A model generated the notes under the pieces. The model saw only the letters and a program-made list of their open reading frames with translations, was not told where the DNA came from and did not search any database. Below are positions 58,090-64,000 of a stretch of DNA of 64,000 nt, piece after piece (position 1 is the first letter of the stretch; each line of letters begins with the position of its first letter). This stretch comes from the human T2T-CHM13v2.0 reference genome, Homo sapiens: assembly GCF_009914755.1 (NCBI RefSeq), contig NC_060939.1; one strand, given 5' to 3'. Both the position numbers and the translations under genes were made by a program.

Positions 58090-60500
58090 GCATCTTGTGT
58101 ATTTACCATTTCCATTTATACATTTCCAGTGACTTCTTTTTTATTCAACTCTAAATATGCAGTTTTCTATCTGGCATAATTTCCTTTCTGCCTGAAGAGC
58201 TTTACTTTTTTTATAGCATAATTCTGCTTGTGACTAATCTCTTAATCTTCTTTGATTTGGAAGTGTATTAATTTTGTTTTTACTCTTAAAAAATATTTTC
58301 ACTGCCTGTAGATTTCTGGGTTGATATATATATGTATATAAATATATATGTGTGTGTACGTATTTTTTTTTCTTCTAGAACTTTTAAGACAGTATTCCAT
58401 GATTTTCTAGACTCCAATTTTTCTAATAGAGAGCCAATGATAATTTGTCTTTTTTTCTAAACATGATGACATTTCTCTCAGCCAGGTTTAGGAGTTTGTC
58501 TTTTTCTTTGGTTTTCAGCAGTCTAACGCTTATGAGAAAAGATGGGGTATTATTTGTATGTACCCTATATGAGCATCATTGAGCTTATGAAAACTATGAC
58601 TTTGAGAAATTTTTGGTCATCACTTCCGCAAATACTTTTTCCTACTTAATGGTTTATTTTTGTTTTCTGGGACACCAATAATGTGTACGTTAAAGCTTTT
58701 TATATTCCCCCATAGGTTTTGTTACCAAACCAAAGTGGGTCCACTCATCCAGTGGGGTAAAACCAAATATCCACACTGAGGTTTGCCACTGCAGAAAGCA
58801 GGGCATTTATTTGCAGGGAACCAGGCAAGGAGAATGGGGCAATGCACACTTTAGACCCATCTTCTCAGTGGCTTGCAAGCAAGGGTCTTTAAAGGTATGG
58901 GTAACTTTCAAGAAGGCAGAAGTTACAGGCAAAATCATACCTCAATACATGGAGGTTAGTCATTGCTTTGGTCTAAAAAGGTGGGGTATCTTGAAGCGGA
59001 GGCTTACAGGTCATAAGTAGATTCCAAGATTTTCTGATTTGCAGTTGGTTAAGGAAGAGTAGTTTTGTTTAAAAATTTTGGGACAGCAGAAAGATATGTA
59101 AGTTCTGGCTTATAAACGTGACTTCTTCCAGGAACCTTAGGAAGACCTTTAGAAAAATTTAGTCCTCAGTTCCCCCTTATCACTCCTGTTTCTGAAAAAC
59201 AAACAAAACGAAACAACAACAACAAAACAGGTGGGACATATGTTAAGATATTATTTTTAGTTTCTATCAAGAACCAAACATCTCATGACTCTAACTTCCT
59301 TGGCTTTTGTTTTAAGTTATTATTACTTTCTTGCTTATCAGGTTGCTCATTTACTTCTCAAGGCTTGCTGGGTGCCTGGAATTTCCCTTGAAGGAACTCA
59401 ACATTCTCCATTATTTCTGTGCTGGGGACATGGGTTTTGGGGTAGAATGTTGGGAAGGGTGCCCAGTAGGCTCCTAAGGGGGTTCCTACTCCCTTTCAAT
59501 TTCTGAAGCTTTGTTCATTTTTTTTTCAGTATCAGCTGTATCTTTAGATTGAATACCTCCCACTGATTTATCTTCACATTCACTGAATTCCTTCTGTCAT
59601 CTCCATTTTTCTATTAAATCCATTCCACTCTAGTAATTTTCTTTACATATTTCAGATATTTACTTTTTTATTTCTAGGACTTATCTGCTGAGATTCACTA
59701 TCGTTTAGCTTATTATAAGCATATTTTCTTTAACTTTATTCAGCATAGTTATGAAAACTGCTTTAGAATTTGTGTCTGCTAATTCCAACATCTGGGTCAC
59801 CTGGGAATTGGAAACCGATCATTTTCTTTTCTATTTAAAATAGGTATTATAAGCCTATTTCTTTTTATGTGAAATATCTTATTCTGAATATATTAAATAA
59901 CATGTTGTAGAGATTCTGGATTCTGTTATGTTCTTTCAAAGAATGCTGAGTATTTTTAAAGCTGTTAGTTAACTTGGCTGAACTTAAACTAGAAACTCTG
60001 TCTGCCTTGCGTTTGATAGTCTGTTCTCAGGCTTGTTCCTTAACTTTAGCTGTGCTGCTTGGAATTCACTTTGTACAGGCATAATTCAGGATTCATTCAG
60101 ATATTGGGGCAGAGTTGATTCATGGAACTTGGGGATTTCTGTCTCTTGTTTTATCCTTTCCAGGATTTCTCCCCACTTTCTGTTGGCTGTAGTTGTCCTA
60201 AGCTCAATCCTCTCATTCTTCAGACTAGTAATACTGTAGGCTTCTTATTGGAGTTTTACATACTTGATGTGATATGCAGTCTGGGACTTGCCTTCTATAA
60301 AATAATCTCTGAAAATGGGATATTCATAGAGAACTATTCCCTTTTTTAAGTGACAATTCTTCTCCAGCATCTGCCTCTATTATTCACTGCCCAGTGTATT
60401 TGGGTAGTTGCTTTTCATATTTTTTTTCCAGAGTTGATGATTATTTTCTCTGAGTTTGTCTTAATAAGAGCTATTTGCTATTACTGGATGCAATTCTCAC
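58090..60500 (-). mobile_element. Old L1M(E) 5' region, interrupted by an ERV1-type LTR
   Basis: ataatttcctttctgcctgaagagctt...cccataggttt|ctgaagctttgttcattt reads continuously across the LTR. Confidence 0.6.
58720..59498 (-). mobile_element. ERV1-class (MER4-group-like) solo LTR
   Basis: TG...CA termini; 4-bp flanks GTTT/ATTT; minus strand begins TGAAAGGGAGTAGGAACCCC; AATAAA(-) at ~58806. Confidence 0.75.
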
Positions 60501-61060
60501 ATATCCACTCCCATCATTTGCATATAAGTTAATGGCTACATTGCTCACTCTGGCATTCCATACTCTGCACAATATGGCCCTAACTTCATTTTTAACCTTC
60601 ATTTTACACTTCCCCCTTATATAACTACCTCCTTACATATTGGAATCTGCTATGTCTCACTCAGTCATTGAGCAAGAGGTTTTTGAGTTCTTTCTATGTA
60701 TCAGGCAGCTGAGAATAAAACCAGTATTTTCCTTGCTGCCTTGGAGCTGATAGCCTGAGACTTCCGACTGTGCTAGATGATTACTGCCCTGAACATTTTC
60801 TTATGCTCATTTACCTCCCCTCTATTTTAATTTCCTCATATTATCTTCTATCCTTTCTACCTATCAACGCTATCATCCCCAAATTCTGTTTCATCACACC
60901 CTATAGAAACTATATTTATTACATTTTCTTCTTTCAGTGTGGAAACTAAAGAATGTTATGGATTTAGTGCACTTTTATTGTGCTACAATGTTCCTCCCAC
61001 TGTGGGTGTACAGAAATGCTTAGTGCATGAATTAGTTAAGCCGTTGACTGCCTCCTTATT

Positions 61061-61100
61061 TAATTTATAATTTATAATTTTATAATTTTTAATTTATAAT
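61061..61100. repeat. (TAATTTA)n heptamer-like AT repeat
   Basis: taatttataatttataatttt..aatttataat. Confidence 0.8.
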
Positions 61101-62329
61101 TATTTAGTGAATGTTAGTTGCTGATAGAACAAGTGATTAAAGGCCATAACATTTCAATCCATAAAGGAAACTGGACTTTAAAATAACTTTCAAAACATTT
61201 TGATGTTTTCATGCATTGAAAATGTCTTACCTGCATTCTTTCCATACTAATATGAACCATCAGCACCTCAAGGATGAAATCATCAGCATTTTACATTGAT
61301 GTTTCACTCTTAATTAAATTGTTTGATTCCCTCTATCATGATGATGTTTGAAATGCTTTTGCAGTAACTTTCATGTTCTTTCAACCCAGGAGTAAATAAG
61401 GAGAATCTGAAGGTCAAGGAGGAACATTCTCTTTATTTTAACTCTTTGCATGTCTCATTTTATCTCTTCTCCCACCTGCCAACCAAGAGTGGCCTCACAG
61501 GTTAGTGGGGCAGTGGAGCTATTCATGTCATGTAGAATGGTTCAAATTCAACAGAGGTCCAGAGAACAGTTTTTGATACTTGAAACCCTGTCTTTACTTA
61601 AAATTTATTGCATATGCATTAGTACCATTCTCTTAAAAAAAAAAAAAAAAAAAAGAGAAACACATATGTTCATGTTCAGATAAAAACTAAATCACTGTTA
61701 TCTATCCTATGGGATTCTGTCTCCTGAGCCACAAATCTGAAAGCTGACAAAGGTTTCTATACCACTGTTGAGTGTAAAAGGATGTCTGTGAAATAGAGGT
61801 TATGTAATGAAATGCCAGAATTTCAGAATAGTCCAACGACTAACAGAGCTAGAATCAGAATCAGAACTGCCTAGAAACATCCAAAGCACGAGACCCTCGC
61901 AGATGATTCATTTTAATACAGAAGTGATGGTCTCTATCTAGTGCACTCTCAGGATTTGGAATTTCTTGATAGCAAGTTTGTATCTTATTTTGGATCTATC
62001 ATTGCACATTGTGCAACCTTGAAAGCATATGGAAAGGGCTGACATTCAACTCCAATATGGCCAAAACAATGGTGTAGCTACTATCTGTTCTGATTGCCAG
62101 TGTCTATACCATAGCAATTGCTAAATATTTTTATAACATATTCTCTCTCTCTTTTTTTTTTTTAACGGAGTCTCGCACACAAAGGAGATGAGTGTTTTAT
62201 ATTTTAGTGTGCTGATTGATTTTGACAGATTTTCCTTTGAGGAAATAAAAACTTTACAGAAATGAGATAAGATTATATATTTTAGCACACCAAATGAATG
62301 TTTCTTCTAGATTTTATAGGGAGTTGATA

Positions 62330-62517
62330 GGTAGTATGTATATATGCACGCATATATACATATTGATGTATATATACATATAAGTATAAATATAAATATG
62401 TCATATACATACCAGAACAAACATATATGTATATGATACATATGTGTTCTAGAGTGTATATATACATATATCATACATATAAATGTTTATGTATACATAC
62501 GGATACATACTATATAT
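62330..62517. repeat. (TA/TG/CA) low-complexity tract
   Basis: Alternating purine-pyrimidine tatata/tacata sequence. Confidence 0.85.
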
Positions 62518-62549
62518 CACCTCTCTACTGGGTTTATGTGCTCTTGTTC

Positions 62550-63125
62550 ACACAAATAATTTTCAGAATTTTTTTTCTGATACACAACCATGTGTGTACT
62601 TGTGACTCTAGTTCATTTTCATGGTTAAAAACATCCTATTCTGTGAACCCACCACAACTTTTTCAGTTTTCTGCTGATGAATGTGTATTGTTTTCAATGT
62701 TATTATTTTATAAGCAGTGCTTCACTGAGCTTTCTTTGTTATGCCTGCTATTAATAGTATATATATATGCAAAAGTTTATTTAGCATATGTACTGAGGAA
62801 CAAAATTGCTAGGTGATAAAATATAGGCATCTTCAACTTTACTGGATATTGACCAATCATTTTTCAAATAGTTTAAATCAATTTATGTCACCAGCAATGG
62901 GTAACAGTTCTTTTGTTCCACATCCTTGTTAACACTTGACATTGTCTAACTTTTCATTTTTTCTTATCTTAATGGGGTAAAAATGTATCTCATTAATTTT
63001 TTATTTTATTTCTCTGATTTAAATTCATGTGGTAGAGAATATTTTCATATATTTATAGTTCATTTGCATTTTCTCTTCTATGAATTGCTTTTTCAAATCT
63101 TCTGCCCAGTTTTCTATTAGGTTTG
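62550..63125 (-). mobile_element. L1ME-type 3' fragment
   Basis: caatttatgtcaccagcaatgg...tcccacatccttgttaacacttg...catttgcattttctcttctatgaattgc. Confidence 0.7.
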
Positions 63126-64000
63126 GGTTACTCCTTAGAATATTATTTTTCTCAAAGAGCATTCCAAAAGAAAGTAATTGAAAGCATGTCTTCATCATGA
63201 ATAGAACTGAGAATATATAATGTGAACTTCAATGTGGCGGCCAGACACTGCTTATTCTCTGAAAAGATAAAAACACTAAGGTAACATTCATTGCTGGACC
63301 ATAATAGTACTTGGATTCCTGCTTAATTACAAATTGGGCATTGAGAAGGGCTTCTTTCCTGTCAGTAATTATACTGGAGGGGTTGCCTTGATAGTAGTGG
63401 TCTTCTGGTCTGAAAAGAAATCATGTGCAGCTATGTGAGAGTGCCCCTTATGTGTCCAGGGAACACACTGTGAAGAGTCTGAGTCCAACTCTTATTCACT
63501 TTGACTTATCTCACTGATTACAGAACAAGGCTGCCGTCCAGACCCTACGGTTCTTCCAAGCAGATGTGCACAGGTGGCCTGCAATCTCAAGTGCTCTTCT
63601 ATAAATAAAGTTTATTGGGGGATTAAGTGATCACTTGTCAATCTTGAAAGGAGTGGACTGGACCCATGAGCGTGGCTGCTTTAAGATCTGAGGGATGCCC
63701 TGGCATCTCCTTGTTCAAGGAAGCTTTCTTTTCTAGGTCTTTCTGTGCCTCTGTGCCTCTGTACCTCTAGAGATTTCTGGGAATTTTTTTTACAAAATAA
63801 CACAGCCCATAAGCGATGTAATGTATTAGATTATGTAGGGCATAATAAAGCATTCATGTTTTCCTTCCTCAACATATAGAAAACAGATGTGTTTCTAAAG
63901 CTGCTCAGAAAGTGAAGGTGTAAGGAAGAAAAAATCATATTTTGCAGCCAAGAAAATGAAAGAACTATATTTTCAGGCTAGGGTCATGATGTGCATATGG

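Noticed and set aside
62152-62176. ~25-bp Alu 3'-end-like fragment
   Set aside because: Too short and no convincing TSD

Overview
AT-rich, repeat-dense primate (human-like) non-coding DNA. I find no supportable cellular protein-coding exon or RNA gene; every recognisable ORF is a decayed LINE-1, ERVL or Alu product. The interval 8.2-29.3 kb is a nested pile of mostly minus-strand retroelements: an old L1MC/MD-type host, a 3'-truncated L1M(A) inside it, and a full-length dead L1PA3 inside that, plus an L1PA7, an L1MA 3' end, MST LTRs and an AluJ. The rest holds Alus, a complete THE1C, an ERVL internal remnant, solo LTRs, L1MB/ME, L2 and MIR fragments. The most unusual structure is a fossil complex insertion at 20.5-27.2 kb. 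A twin-primed (5'-inverted) L1PA7 carries about 720 bp copied from both of its own flanks at the inversion junction. Two separate patches containing L1PA7-type sequence sit about 0.8 kb upstream and 3.5 kb downstream, one with a fold-back junction. All copies are about 4-8% diverged, compatible with one ancient multi-template repair event. Other oddities are a probable internally primed L1, a small orphan retro-insert, an ancient 3' transduction and a second local templated patch. Subfamily names come from recalled consensus diagnostics and identities are hand counts; both need RepeatMasker/alignment confirmation. This is a mutational-mechanism record, not a new gene system.
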